Shown here: in pieces, positions 52,663 through 63,001 of the stretch | Numbering within the stretch: position 1 is the stretch's first letter | Layout: every line of letters begins with the position of its first letter | NCBI GenBank assembly: GCA_050288705.1 | Contig: JBNKEI010000111.1 | Location: 5,872 to 69,871, forward strand | Length of the DNA: 64,000 nucleotides | Source of the DNA: Myxococcales bacterium | Lineage (GTDB): Bacteria; Myxococcota; Myxococcia; Myxococcales; UBA5297 | Reading direction: 5' to 3' | Position numbers and translations under genes: made by a program | Notes under the pieces: model-generated | Seen by the model: the letters and a program-made list of their open reading frames with translations, nothing else | Databases searched by the model: none | What the model was told of the DNA's origin: nothing

Positions 52663-54828
52663 ATGATTCGACTGAATGACATTCTTGATCGGCTTGCACA
52701 GTATCATCCGGACCCTGATCTTGATTTTATAAAAAAGGCCTATGTCTATAGTGCCAAGGTGCATCAAGGTCAGGTGCGTAAATCGGGAGAGCCTTATCTT
52801 GTTCATCCATTAGAGGTGGCGGGAATCTTGTCGCAACTGAAGCTTGACGAGGCTTCAATTGTTACCGGCCTGCTTCATGACACTATAGAAGATACTTTGG
52901 CTACTCCCCTTGAGCTTACCGAGCTGTTTGGTGCGGAAGTCACTCAACTGGTAGATGGAGTTACAAAACTATCGCAGTTTTCTCCAAGCGCTACGGTTTC
53001 TTCCGAAGAAAAGCAAGCCGAGAATTTTCGCAAAATGATTGTGGCCATGGCGCGAGACATCCGCGTCATTTTGGTAAAGCTCGCCGACCGCACCCATAAC
53101 ATGCGTACCTTGGGGCATATGCCTCCCGAGAAGCAAAAAAGGATTGCGCAGGAAACGCTTGATATCTATGCTCCCTTGGCTAATCGGTTGGGTATCAGTT
53201 GGATTAAGCAAGAATTAGAAGATTTGTCTTTTCAATTTTTAAAACCCTCTGAATATCATTATATTATAGAAAAAATTGAAAAGAAAAGGAAGGTTAGCGA
53301 AAAATACGTAGAAGAAGTGGAAGAAATTCTCGAAAAAAAAATGATTGAAAACAAAATTGAATGCCAAGTAAGGGGGCGTTTTAAACATCCTTATTCAGTT
53401 TATCGAAAAATGAAACTTCAGGGTGTAGAGTTCGAACAAATCCATGATATTATTGCTTTTCGCCTTATTATGAAATCAATGCCCTCCTGTTATGAGGCGT
53501 TGGGGCTGGTTCATACATTATGGAAACCGGTGCCAGGACGGTTTAAGGATTATATTGCTATCCCCAAACCAAATATGTATCAATCGCTGCATACAACTGT
53601 AATAGGACCATTTGGCGATCGGCTGGAAGTGCAAATTCGTACTGAAGAAATGCATAAGATTGCCGAGGAAGGTATTGCCGCTCATTGGGCTTATAAAGAG
53701 GGGAAAAGTTTAGGCAGAGATAATTCTAAATTCGCTTGGCTGCGGCAGTTAATGGAGTGGCAGCAAGATCTTAAAGACCCAAAAGAATTCTTAGAAACAG
53801 TCAAAGTAGATTTATTTGCAGACGAAGTTTTTGTTTTTACTCCAAAAGGTGATGTAAAAAGTTTGCCTCGTGGAGCTACTCCAGTAGATTTCGCTTATTC
53901 TATTCATTCAGACATTGGTGCAAAATGCGTAGGAGCTAAAGTAAACGGAAAAATTGTTCCGTTGCGTTATAAACTTCGCAATGGCGATACTGTGGAGGTG
54001 CTAACCAGCAACCATGCTCATCCTTCCAAAGACTGGTTGACTTTTGTAAAGACAAGCCGCGCGCAAGCTCGAATTCGTGGATACATTAAGGCGCAGCAGC
54101 GGGAAAAAAGCCTTCATTTGGGTCGCGAGCTTACCGAGAGAGAACTCAAGCGCTATGAGCTTCATTTACATAGGCTAATAAAAAACGGAGAATTAAAAAG
54201 GGTTGCTGACGAGTTGGGATATCGACTGGAAGATGATTTAATGGTCGCAGTTGGCTATGGTAAAATTTCACCTTCGCAAATAATTCAAAAAATAGTTCCC
54301 GTCGAAAAACTTGCTGATAAAGTAGAATCAAAAGAAAATCGAACTCCAGTTGGGCGTCTTACCGAGATTATTAAGAAAGTTACTGGTAAGTCTAAATCAG
54401 GAGTGCGTATTAATGGTATTGATGACGTTTTGGTGCGTTTCGGGCGTTGTTGTAATCCAGTTCCCGGTGATCGCATTGTAGGGTTTATTACTCGCGGTCG
54501 GGGTGTTACCGTACATACGCTGGAATGCGACAATGCATTGGCAACCGATCCTGAGCGCCGAGTAGATGTTTCGTGGGATGTGAAACCTGATTTTAAACGC
54601 CCGGTAACTATACGTGTTTTAACGGCTGATCGTCCTGGTTTGCTTGCAGACATTAGTCAAGCATTTAGTAAAAAGAACGTGAACATTTCCCAAGCTAATT
54701 GTCGAGCTACTGGAGACGATCGCGCGGTAAATACATTTGAAGTCACTATCTGTGATTTAAAACAGCTAAACGAGGTTATGCAGCTGATTGAGAGAATTTC
54801 TGGTGTCTACGAGGTAGAACGAGTTTGA
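52663..54828 (+). CDS. rel: Bifunctional (p)ppGpp synthetase/hydrolase (Rel/SpoT)
   Basis: HD hydrolase domain (HPLEVA...LLHDTIEDT), synthetase domain (YQSLHTTV), TGS, and a C-terminal ACT domain. Confidence 0.9.
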   Translation: MIRLNDILDRLAQYHPDPDLDFIKKAYVYSAKVHQGQVRKSGEPYLVHPLEVAGILSQLKLDEASIVTGLLHDTIEDTLATPLELTELFGAEVTQLVDGVTKLSQFSPSATVSSEEKQAENFRKMIVAMARDIRVILVKLADRTHNMRTLGHMPPEKQKRIAQETLDIYAPLANRLGISWIKQELEDLSFQFLKPSEYHYIIEKIEKKRKVSEKYVEEVEEILEKKMIENKIECQVRGRFKHPYSVYRKMKLQGVEFEQIHDIIAFRLIMKSMPSCYEALGLVHTLWKPVPGRFKDYIAIPKPNMYQSLHTTVIGPFGDRLEVQIRTEEMHKIAEEGIAAHWAYKEGKSLGRDNSKFAWLRQLMEWQQDLKDPKEFLETVKVDLFADEVFVFTPKGDVKSLPRGATPVDFAYSIHSDIGAKCVGAKVNGKIVPLRYKLRNGDTVEVLTSNHAHPSKDWLTFVKTSRAQARIRGYIKAQQREKSLHLGRELTERELKRYELHLHRLIKNGELKRVADELGYRLEDDLMVAVGYGKISPSQIIQKIVPVEKLADKVESKENRTPVGRLTEIIKKVTGKSKSGVRINGIDDVLVRFGRCCNPVPGDRIVGFITRGRGVTVHTLECDNALATDPERRVDVSWDVKPDFKRPVTIRVLTADRPGLLADISQAFSKKNVNISQANCRATGDDRAVNTFEVTICDLKQLNEVMQLIERISGVYEVERV

Positions 54829-54925
54829 AAAGGTTATTAGAAAACACATACCAATCAGTCACTGGGGGCTAGCTAACTTGCTCTAAATGGTTTGCGTTTA
54901 ATGGTATTTTGAATCCAAAATATTT

Positions 54926-55318
54926 TCACTGAATTTCTAAAAGCTGTTCCAGGGTTTTTTGATCGGCAGGGGGGAATTGGAAATTATCTAGTTCTTCTGG
55001 TTTAACCCAGTGGTGATTATAAACTTTACGATGCTGAATTTGGCCGGATATTAGTGAACAGCGATAAACTCGGAAGTCAATATCGTAATCGGGATAAGAA
55101 TGCTGTACGTGCATAATTTTTTGTTCTACTGCGATCACGATTTCCATTTCCTCTTGAAGTTCACGAGCGAGAGCATACTCATCAGTTTCTCCTGGTTCTA
55201 CCCGACCTCCCGGAAACTCCCACAGAAGAGGTAAAACCGCGGTGGGTTTTCGCTGGGTTATAAGAAATTTCCCGTCGCGTTCGATCATCGCACCAACCAC
55301 GGTAATCTGTTTACGCAT
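54926..55318 (-). CDS. Nudix hydrolase (MutT-like)
   Basis: Nudix box GGRVEPGETDEYALARELQEEMEI. Confidence 0.8.
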   Translation of the reverse strand: MRKQITVVGAMIERDGKFLITQRKPTAVLPLLWEFPGGRVEPGETDEYALARELQEEMEIVIAVEQKIMHVQHSYPDYDIDFRVYRCSLISGQIQHRKVYNHHWVKPEELDNFQFPPADQKTLEQLLEIQ

Positions 55319-55352
55319 TTGCCCTCCCGTAAAAAAGTCATACTGCCGAATC

Positions 55353-56309
55353 TTAGCTCCATTCCAACATTCGCTGGAGGGGAGCGAAGGCGAGTTCTCT
55401 TACTCTCTCGGGCATATTGAGCTCGGGAGTTTGGTCTCTCATGCATAAATATAGCTTTTCAAGAGTATTTAATCTCATGTGCGGGCATTCATTGCATGCG
55501 CATTCGTGAGAGGGAGCAGGAATGAATTCTTTGTAGGGGGACTGTTTGCGAGCTTGGTGAAGTATTCCTGGCTCGGTCACCACAATAAATTGCTCCTTGG
55601 GACTCTTGGCAAGATAGTTCAGCATTCCCTGGGTCGAGCCGACATAGTTAGCATGCGCTAGAACTCTCTGCTCGCATTCCGGGTGGGCCACCACTTCGGC
55701 TTCCGGGTAACGTACTTTAAGTTGTACGATTTTCTTTTCGCTAAATATTTCGTGTACCTGGCAGGAGCCTGGCCACAGTTCCATTGCGCGATCGGTCATC
55801 TTAGAAACATATCGTCCCAAATGCTGATCTGGGGCAAAGATTACCGATCGGTCGCGCGGAATACGTTCTACAATTTTAACAGCATTGGAAGAGGTGCATA
55901 TAACGTCACTCATGGCCTTAACTTCCGCGGACGAGTTCACGTAAGTTACTACAAAGTGCTCGGGATGACGCTTCAGAAACTTTGCAAACTCCTTAGGAGG
56001 ACAGCGATCGGCTAGCGAGCATCCGGCTGCCAAGTCGGGAAGCAGCACTTTTTTCTCCGGATTAAGGATCTTTGCTGTCTCCGCCATGAAGTGAACGCCA
56101 CAAAAAACAATAGTTTTTGCAGTTGTGCGGGAAGCCTGCTGAGCCAGAGCTAGGCTATCTCCCACAAAATCAGCAAGATCTTGCAACTCATCATTCTGAT
56201 AATAATGAGCTAACACCACTGCATCGAGTTCCTTTTTAAGCTGCTCAATTTCTTGAAAAAGATCCATGCCAGGATCGATACTGGCGAGTCGTTGTGCGAA
56301 GGATTCCAT
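55353..56309 (-). CDS. nadA: Quinolinate synthase
   Basis: VLAHYYQ..., [10 protein letters not shown], and the conserved Cys pattern. Start placed at MESFAQRL. The ORF-track N-extension would overlap the divergent small ORF. Confidence 0.85.
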   Translation of the reverse strand: MESFAQRLASIDPGMDLFQEIEQLKKELDAVVLAHYYQNDELQDLADFVGDSLALAQQASRTTAKTIVFCGVHFMAETAKILNPEKKVLLPDLAAGCSLADRCPPKEFAKFLKRHPEHFVVTYVNSSAEVKAMSDVICTSSNAVKIVERIPRDRSVIFAPDQHLGRYVSKMTDRAMELWPGSCQVHEIFSEKKIVQLKVRYPEAEVVAHPECEQRVLAHANYVGSTQGMLNYLAKSPKEQFIVVTEPGILHQARKQSPYKEFIPAPSHECACNECPHMRLNTLEKLYLCMRDQTPELNMPERVRELAFAPLQRMLEWS

Positions 56310-56410
56310 ATCTGGCCTGTATAGCTTTTTAAAAAGTTCCCAAAAGATGATTTGGTTTTCTGGTATACAAGAATCAAGACATAAAACACATTTTTTGCTG
56401 AGGAGCAAAC

Positions 56411-56518
56411 ATGGCAAGAAGCAAAAGTAAGCACATGCGCATGAAGACCAGACGTCAGCAGAAACACAGGGCTCAACTCAAAAGAGCTAAGGCGGCTAAG
56501 AAGTCTTTGTCTAAGTAG
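56411..56518 (+). CDS. Unannotated 35-aa highly basic protein
   Basis: ATG preceded by GAGGAG (5-nt spacer). Sequence [35 protein letters not shown], followed by a 10-bp perfect hairpin. It is below the ORF-track length cutoff. Confidence 0.45.
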   Translation: MARSKSKHMRMKTRRQQKHRAQLKRAKAAKKSLSK

Positions 56519-56532
56519 CAAAGCAAGCAATA

Positions 56533-56566
56533 GACGAGAACGTGCAGTAAAAAAAGCGTTCTCGTC
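56533..56566. terminator. Stem-loop between convergent genes
   Basis: gacgagaacg - 14-nt A-rich loop - cgttctcgtc. There is no clean external U-tract on either strand. Confidence 0.35.
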
Positions 56567-56588
56567 ATAGAACTACCTGCTGTAGAAT

Positions 56589-57026
56589 TCAAAATTTTGC
56601 AGCAATCGTCGATACTATGGGTATTTCCCAACGCGCTGGTTTTAATGCCTTGACAATGCCAACAATTATGAGTGCAAGGTAGCCAAGATATCCTGCGCAG
56701 AAGCCTAGCGAAAGAAACAATCCAATAACTGGTATGTTACTCAAAACGAAACCCGCAATACCCCAAACAATTAAACCAAGTGCTAACACCAAACCCTGTT
56801 TGGCATGCCACTTAACATAATCACTATCTTTAACAGTAAGTAATGGGATTAGTGAAAGGAGGAACAGGTATGCGAGAACCAACATTATTTTGTCTTGTTC
56901 TCGTATAACATCCTGTTCGTTCGTCCCAACTTCGGGAGGTGAGCCTTGCATTTGGCCATCGTTCATTTGATTCCTCATAGGCTGAGTAACATCATGAATT
57001 TGGAACGAATTGACAGGTAGAGTCAA
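56589..57026 (-). CDS. DUF4870-like small membrane protein
   Basis: KIMLVLAYLFLLSLIPLL...KWHAKQGLVL, plus further TM helices. TTG start, or the ATG at 56978. Confidence 0.55.
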   Translation of the reverse strand: MTLPVNSFQIHDVTQPMRNQMNDGQMQGSPPEVGTNEQDVIREQDKIMLVLAYLFLLSLIPLLTVKDSDYVKWHAKQGLVLALGLIVWGIAGFVLSNIPVIGLFLSLGFCAGYLGYLALIIVGIVKALKPARWEIPIVSTIAAKF

Positions 57027-57035
57027 GCAGTCTAC

Positions 57036-57371
57036 TTATAGCTCATCTTCCTCTTCGTCTTCATTAGGGTTATCCAAAAGGCTGTCATCTTCAATTTTGT
57101 CGTCCTCTTCCTCTCCCTCATCTTCCTCCTCGATGTCATAGGGAGCGGGTAAATCGTCGGTTTCCAGAGACAGGCTTACATCAAAGCGGTTGCGCAGGGT
57201 AGCGATGCTTTTGCACAGATCTCCCAGGCTATTTCCCATATCTTCCACCAGTGATTGGGGTGCTTTGGTGTTGCAGTTAGGGCATTTTATGGACTCGGTT
57301 GCTTCAATTAGTTCAGAGCCCTCGATTTCGAAACTAGTGTCACATTTATGGCATGTTAGGTCGATTATCAT
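57036..57371 (-). CDS. Zinc-ribbon protein with poly-acidic tail
   Basis: CHKC...CPNC N-terminal zinc ribbon (MJ0042-type) and a C-terminal run of E/D residues. Confidence 0.6.
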   Translation of the reverse strand: MIIDLTCHKCDTSFEIEGSELIEATESIKCPNCNTKAPQSLVEDMGNSLGDLCKSIATLRNRFDVSLSLETDDLPAPYDIEEEDEGEEEDDKIEDDSLLDNPNEDEEEDEL

Positions 57372-57579
57372 TACTTCCTCGTGATGGCCGTCTAGCTAGA
57401 TGAATAGGGAATTATGTCGCGAGTCTATTTACTGTCAACCCTAAGATGAGGTTTGGAGACGGTCCAAAGCCGAACGACGCCCGAACTTTTATCACTCAAA
57501 GGGGAAAGCTGGGAATTCCTCAATAGTTAAATTTAAAATGCTAGTTGACATACCAAGTCAAGGATAATACCACATTTTT

Positions 57580-57783
57580 ATGCGTTGTCCGGTATGTAAG
57601 AAAGAAGTAGAGTCGCGTTTGGCTAATGAGTTTTTTCCATTTTGTTCCCGACGATGCAAACTTATCGATCTGGGTAAATGGTTAGGAGAAGAGTATCGCC
57701 TGCTTGCTAAACCAGAGGAATCTGAGGACGAAATCTTAGATCCCAATTCCCCCTCGTCCCCTACTGGTTCAAAAAATGATTGA
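57580..57783 (+). CDS. yacG: DNA gyrase inhibitor YacG (zinc finger)
   Basis: CPVCKK...PFCSRRCKLIDLGKWL. Confidence 0.8.
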   Translation: MRCPVCKKEVESRLANEFFPFCSRRCKLIDLGKWLGEEYRLLAKPEESEDEILDPNSPSSPTGSKND

Positions 57784-57799
57784 CATGTAGAGCGAGGAG

Positions 57800-58519
57800 T
57801 TGGACCCAATGTTAATTGATCTGCATTGTCATATTCTCCCAGACATTGATGATGGTCCGAGCGAATTAAAGGGGGCCTTGGATATTGCAAAAGTGCTCAT
57901 TTCCTGCGGGTTTGGAATTGTAGTGGCTACTCCCCATGCTCTGGAGCAGTTTGCCGGACCGCAAATTGTCTCTCAGCGGATTGCGCAACTGGAAGAGGCA
58001 ATGGCGATCCATGGGTTACAGCTTAAACTGCTGCAAGGAGCCGAGAATCGTCTAAGTTCTGAATTCATGCAGCAAGCATGTTTAGGAGATTATCGCTTAG
58101 GAAGCACCTCCTATGTTCTGGTGGAAACTCCGTTTGAAACAGCGGTTCCTTCTTTTGGCGACCTGTTATTTCGTTTGCGTAGTAAAGGGGTGCGTCCAAT
58201 AATCGCTCATCCGGAACGCTGTGCTCACTTTCAATTGCTTGAACGCGCCCAAGAAGCAGTGCATGTAGGGGCCATTTTACAGCTTGATTTGGGAAGCATT
58301 GTCGGTCGATACGGGAAACCAGCTCGAAAATCAGCCGAGCGTTTACTGAATGCTGGTCTTTTTGGGGTGGCTGCTACCGATCTCCATTCTGCGGAGGGCG
58401 CTAAACTTTGGTTGGAAAAAAGTCTTGGTTTGTTGCAGAAAACTATAGGTAAACAAAATTTTGATTTATTGTTGAAAACAAATCCCGAAAAAATATTACG
58501 TAACGAGGAAGTTGAATGA
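57800..58519 (+). CDS. PHP-family protein-tyrosine phosphatase (CpsB/YwqE-like)
   Basis: IDLHCHILPDIDDGP N-terminus, with later AHPER and DLHS motifs. Confidence 0.8.
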   Translation: MDPMLIDLHCHILPDIDDGPSELKGALDIAKVLISCGFGIVVATPHALEQFAGPQIVSQRIAQLEEAMAIHGLQLKLLQGAENRLSSEFMQQACLGDYRLGSTSYVLVETPFETAVPSFGDLLFRLRSKGVRPIIAHPERCAHFQLLERAQEAVHVGAILQLDLGSIVGRYGKPARKSAERLLNAGLFGVAATDLHSAEGAKLWLEKSLGLLQKTIGKQNFDLLLKTNPEKILRNEEVE

Positions 58520-59607
58520 GGGCGCAAGTTGCGAGATTTGCTAAAATTACTTTTGGAATATTGATAAGTTCTTTTTTTGTTTGGTTAACGTTGCGAGGTG
58601 ACGTGGAGTGTAACTCCGATGCTGTAGCTTTGGTAGAGAAAGGTTGTTCGCTTTCTAAAATAGAATTATTAAAGAATTCTTTAATGGCTGCAGATTACAT
58701 TTATTTGATGCCTTTCTTAATGATTTTGGCATTGATTCACTTTGTACGGGCGTTTCGTTGGGGAATACTGCTAGAGCCATTGGGTAAGGTAAACTTTCGT
58801 GAGACCAATTGCGCAAGCGCAGTAGGGTTCATGGCGCTTATGCTTATGCCATTTCGATTAGGGGAATTTGCTCGGCCAATTTTTATTGCCCAGTCAGGAA
58901 AAATCAAGCGTAGCGCTGCCATGGCCACTATTGCAATAGAGCGAGTGGTAGATGGTATGGCTATGGCAGTAGTACTTATTTTAGCGTTACTTATTTCTAC
59001 GCCCAAGACGTCTAACCCAGCAGAAATTCAGTGGGTACGCATGGGCGGATGGGTAGTGTTTATAGTTTTTTTCACCTTATTTTTATTTCTTGTAATTGCG
59101 TATATAAAACGAGAATTTGCAGTAAAATTTCTTCACAATTTGGTTTGTCCGGTTTCCGAAAAATTAGCATTGAGACTTTCCGGAATAGTCGACACCTTTA
59201 TTGGTGGACTAAAAATGGTTCCAAGTTTTAAAAAGACATTGCTTTTCCTGGTTCTGACTGTCGTTTATTGGGGTATTAATGGCATCGGAATGGCTATTCT
59301 TGCGCGTGGATTCGGTCTTTCATTGGGAATTGTTGCTGCTTTTGCCGTATTGGGGTTGTTAGTAGCTGGAATAATGATTCCTGCCGGGCCGGCTATGATG
59401 GGAACCTTTCATGGAGCAATTATCCTTGGCATGAAGTTGTTTTTTCCCGAGCCATCTCAGTACGGAGCAGTTGTAGCTTATGCGTGGGTTTTGTGGGGAG
59501 CCCAGTTGATACAGACTTGTTTTTTTGGCTTTTATTTTGTTTTAGCGGGGCGGATAACTGTTGGAAAATTCTGGAATATATTTTCTCAGACAGATTTGGA
59601 AGCGTAA
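58516..59607 (+). CDS. UPF0104 / lysylphosphatidylglycerol-synthase-TM-region-like (flippase-like) membrane protein
   Basis: Multi-TM protein with the MPFRLGEFARP motif. It overlaps the upstream stop by 4 nt. Confidence 0.65.
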   Translation: MRAQVARFAKITFGILISSFFVWLTLRGDVECNSDAVALVEKGCSLSKIELLKNSLMAADYIYLMPFLMILALIHFVRAFRWGILLEPLGKVNFRETNCASAVGFMALMLMPFRLGEFARPIFIAQSGKIKRSAAMATIAIERVVDGMAMAVVLILALLISTPKTSNPAEIQWVRMGGWVVFIVFFTLFLFLVIAYIKREFAVKFLHNLVCPVSEKLALRLSGIVDTFIGGLKMVPSFKKTLLFLVLTVVYWGINGIGMAILARGFGLSLGIVAAFAVLGLLVAGIMIPAGPAMMGTFHGAIILGMKLFFPEPSQYGAVVAYAWVLWGAQLIQTCFFGFYFVLAGRITVGKFWNIFSQTDLEA

Positions 59608-59614
59608 GACACTG

Positions 59615-60898
59615 CTAATGAAAAAACTTTTCTCTTGCTTTATCTAATTGCTTGCGAATGTTTTTCTCCGTAGGGCCTACTGCGCACAAATATAAATTTT
59701 GCCTGGAAAAAACTTTTTGCGCTACCTTTTGAATTTCTTGCGCAGTTACTTTTTCCAAGCGCTCGATTCTTTCTTCATAAGGTTCAGGAATTCGAAACAG
59801 TTCCGTTCCGCCGTACCAGCCAGCCAAAGAATTAAGGTCATCGAGCATAAATTCAAGTCCCATACGTTGCTTGCGCTTAATTCGAGCCAATTCTTGCTCA
59901 TCGACTGGTTGATCGCGTAAGCGGTTTAGAAGATTGGCGATTTCTTCAATGAGAGAAATAGCCTTAGCCGGGGTGCAGGAAGCTTCAATTTCAAACACTG
60001 CAGTATCTACAAAAGTGTCGATGCCAGCATGAACTGAATAGGCTAGACCTCGCTTCTCCACCACATAAAGAGGAAGCCAAGAGGTTAAACCATCGTCCAA
60101 CAAGGCTCGCAAAAGCAGTAAAGCCAAGTAATCGGGATGATTTTCGGTCGGGCAAGGAAAACTCAACATTATCTCGGTTTGGCTTTCTTGATGGGGGACA
60201 AACCAAACGGGATTCCGGTTGGTTGGTAGGGAAGGAGGAAGCTCTTTGATCGGCGCACCTGAAGAAAGCTTGCCTAGTGTATGTTCAGTTGCTTCAAGTA
60301 CTTGCGAGTGTTTCAACGGGCCAGCGACACAAACCACCATGTTCTGAGCTACGTAGTAGGATTGATGGTGCTTTTGTAAGTCATCTCTGGTGAGAGAACG
60401 GATGATAGAAGGAGTGCCCGCGATTTTGAAAGCCAAGGGGTGCTCACCAAAAATCTGCATTTTGGAAAGGTTACCCAAATCAATGTCTCGGCCACGATGA
60501 TCTACTTCATCCATCATCTCTTCTAGAATTATTTCTCTTTCAATCTCCATTTTGGCTAAAAGAGGAAAGCTGAGCATGTCGCCGAGTACCGCAAAAGCTG
60601 TACTTAAATGGCGAGGATGTACCGGAGTGTAGTATAGACTCTGATCTCTCATGGTAATGCCATTGAGATCACCTCCTGCATCTTCCATAATTCCATTCAT
60701 TTCTACAGTATTGGGAAAATGCTGGCTTCCTCGAAAAAACATGTGTTCCAGAAAATGGGAAACGCCATTATTGGCGGGTGTTTCGTGGCGAGAGCCACAC
60801 CGTACATAAATAGCTAGAAGCGCGGAATGCAGGTGAGGGACTTCTAAGGTAATTACTCGTAGGCCGTTAGAAAGAAGATTTCGATGCGCGGTATACAC
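59615..60898 (-). CDS. M16-family (insulinase/pitrilysin-like) zinc peptidase
   Basis: HFLEHMFF (HxxEH) near the N-terminus. Size is 427 aa. Confidence 0.85.
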   Translation of the reverse strand: MYTAHRNLLSNGLRVITLEVPHLHSALLAIYVRCGSRHETPANNGVSHFLEHMFFRGSQHFPNTVEMNGIMEDAGGDLNGITMRDQSLYYTPVHPRHLSTAFAVLGDMLSFPLLAKMEIEREIILEEMMDEVDHRGRDIDLGNLSKMQIFGEHPLAFKIAGTPSIIRSLTRDDLQKHHQSYYVAQNMVVCVAGPLKHSQVLEATEHTLGKLSSGAPIKELPPSLPTNRNPVWFVPHQESQTEIMLSFPCPTENHPDYLALLLLRALLDDGLTSWLPLYVVEKRGLAYSVHAGIDTFVDTAVFEIEASCTPAKAISLIEEIANLLNRLRDQPVDEQELARIKRKQRMGLEFMLDDLNSLAGWYGGTELFRIPEPYEERIERLEKVTAQEIQKVAQKVFSRQNLYLCAVGPTEKNIRKQLDKAREKFFH

Positions 60899-60917
60899 GA
60901 ACAGGTCTCTCGATAAC

Positions 60918-62513
60918 TCAAGTTATGGCGCGGCGAAGTCGGAGAAAAAAACGGGTTCCTTTTCCAAGCTCGCTTTCACAGCTAATTTCGCCTCCATGTT
61001 CATGAATGATCTGTTGCGTGAGTGCAAGTCCTAATCCAGTGCCTCTTTCTTTAGTGGAAAAGAAAGGGTCAAAAAGTTTACTTAGCTTTTCCGCAGGAAT
61101 ACCCGGGCCAGTATCGCTAACTGAAATTTCAACATGAGTGACCAAAGGTCGGGTTTCAACTCGCACTGTGCCGCCGTGCACCATAGCTTCGCGGCTATTG
61201 CGTAGCAGGTTCATGAGAGCTTGGCGAATTTGCCCAGCATCACCAACAATTGCAGGGCACTGGGGAGCTAAAGATTTTTCCATGCGCACTCCGGCGCGCG
61301 CTAGTTCTTCTTCCAAAAAATCAAGCAATGACTCCATCATGGCATTAGGGTCCAAAGCCACTAGTACCGGCTTAGGAAAACGTGCGAAAGCTAAGTATTG
61401 CTCGGTAATTTCGGTTAATCGGTCGGCCTCTCTTACGATAGAGGCTACCAACTGCTGGGTTTCTTCTTTTTGTGCGGGATTGGCAAAATGTGCATTAACT
61501 ATGACTTCTTCCAGCATCTCCGCATTAAGCCCTAAAGAGCAAAGAGGATTGCGTATTTCGTGAGTGATCTGGGCACTGATTCTTCCAATGGCCGCCAATC
61601 TTTCCGCACGCACGAGGGCCTGCTGTTTTTCATCGAGCTGACTTTGGCGTTCTCTCAAGGCTTTGGCCATGGCGTTGAATTCCCTTGCTAGTATTCCAAT
61701 TTCATTCTTGGCAGTTAGTGGAACCTGAGCAGAAAAATCGCCCATCCCAATGCGAGTTACTCCCGAGGTGAGAGTATGAATGGGAGCTAAAAGTCGTCCT
61801 CCTGCAAAGGTGGCTAATAGAGCCAAGGCAATAGCCATTAGTGACAAAGCAACAATAGTCCAGACGCTTTGTCTTTCCATTTTTTCAGCACTACGCACTC
61901 GGTCCGCCACTCTTTGGTCTAGCATTATATTGAGAACCTTAATTTCGCGATCGATGCGCTGCTCTAAAGAAGATACTCTGCGAACCGGTAAAGAGCTGCG
62001 ACTTAGTTTTTCTGATTGCTGGAGCAAAATAAAAAGACTTTGGTAAGCTCTTTCATATTCCTCATAAAAATCGGAAAGATCGCCTAAGCGCGAATGAATA
62101 TTGTCTAAAAAATGACGTTCTGAAACTGGGGCGTTATTGCGATGTTTTTTTAATATATCTGCGGTGGAAGCAATTTTTTTCCGAATGATTATTGGGAAAT
62201 ACATTCGAGCAAGTTTTGCTAAGGTTCGTCTGATTTCTGGTTGTTTCTCTTCCAATAGGCGGTTGCTGTCTCGAAGGCGGTTTTGGTGAAAGCTTTCGAT
62301 TTGCGCTACTGCTTTAGCAAGTGGAAGGTATCCGGATGAGACTAGTCTGATTTCTCGTCCAATAGAATGAAGAGCTACTAGACTGTAGATAGAAACAGAG
62401 CTGAATGTGAACAATACAACCCCGTATCCTAAAAAAATACGCTTGGCCAGCGTCCAAGAAACCGGGTCAGACGTGGTATTACTGGCAGTCATTAATTTAG
62501 ACTTGCGCATCAT
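60918..62513 (-). CDS. HAMP-domain sensor histidine kinase
   Basis: Two TM segments, HAMP (AREFNAMAKAL), H-box ISAQITHEIRNPL, N-box LLRNSREA, SDTGPGI and GTGLGL. Start moved to MMRKSK to avoid overlapping the divergent gene. Confidence 0.85.
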   Translation of the reverse strand: MMRKSKLMTASNTTSDPVSWTLAKRIFLGYGVVLFTFSSVSIYSLVALHSIGREIRLVSSGYLPLAKAVAQIESFHQNRLRDSNRLLEEKQPEIRRTLAKLARMYFPIIIRKKIASTADILKKHRNNAPVSERHFLDNIHSRLGDLSDFYEEYERAYQSLFILLQQSEKLSRSSLPVRRVSSLEQRIDREIKVLNIMLDQRVADRVRSAEKMERQSVWTIVALSLMAIALALLATFAGGRLLAPIHTLTSGVTRIGMGDFSAQVPLTAKNEIGILAREFNAMAKALRERQSQLDEKQQALVRAERLAAIGRISAQITHEIRNPLCSLGLNAEMLEEVIVNAHFANPAQKEETQQLVASIVREADRLTEITEQYLAFARFPKPVLVALDPNAMMESLLDFLEEELARAGVRMEKSLAPQCPAIVGDAGQIRQALMNLLRNSREAMVHGGTVRVETRPLVTHVEISVSDTGPGIPAEKLSKLFDPFFSTKERGTGLGLALTQQIIHEHGGEISCESELGKGTRFFLRLRRAIT

Positions 62514-62548
62514 TGGAGCTTGTAACACCTTAAAAAAAGGAGGCAAAC

Positions 62549-62968
62549 ATGGCAAGCAAATCTTTTATAAATTATTTCAATGAGCAACCGAGAATGGGTG
62601 CGTTAAGCACTTCCAATAAACAGGGCAGTCTTGATTCCGCAATTATCGCCTCCCGTATGATCGACGAAGAAACGTTAGTGGTGGGACTAGGAAACAATCG
62701 TACCTATTCTTACCTGCGGGAGAACCCTCGAGCGGTGTACACTGTAGTTCAGACGGGAGATAATACTGGGGAATGGAAGGGTGTGCGTGTGTATCTAATC
62801 GTCAAAGAATCGGTTACTTCTGGTGAAATGTTAGAACGTATTCGTCACGAGTATGCCGAGGCTGCTGGCGAGCAGGTGGCACAGATGATTCACGCAGCAG
62901 TTTCTTTTCAAATAGAAGAGATAAGACCGTTGGTCGATCATGGTCAAGGTTGGGAACAATCAGTTTAG
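62549..62968 (+). CDS. Pyridoxamine 5'-phosphate oxidase-like (split-barrel flavin-binding) protein
   Basis: The size and pattern (ALSTSNKQG...VVGLG...YLREN) resemble PNPOx-like small proteins. Strong AAAGGAGG RBS. Confidence 0.5.
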   Translation: MASKSFINYFNEQPRMGALSTSNKQGSLDSAIIASRMIDEETLVVGLGNNRTYSYLRENPRAVYTVVQTGDNTGEWKGVRVYLIVKESVTSGEMLERIRHEYAEAAGEQVAQMIHAAVSFQIEEIRPLVDHGQGWEQSV

Positions 62969-63001
62969 TATGGTTGATAATGTTGAATACATACAGTTTA
63001 T

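Noticed and set aside
56399-56420. Near-identical translation-initiation contexts aggagcaaacatggcaag (56401-) and aggaggcaaacatggcaag (62538-).
   Set aside because: The similarity stops right after the start codon region and the downstream proteins are unrelated. The match is most simply explained by convergent RBS/start context.
57545-57579. TTGACA upstream of yacG as a promoter.
   Set aside because: No acceptable -10 hexamer lies at 16-18 nt spacing (candidates sit at 12-14 nt, or are poor matches), so I do not call it.
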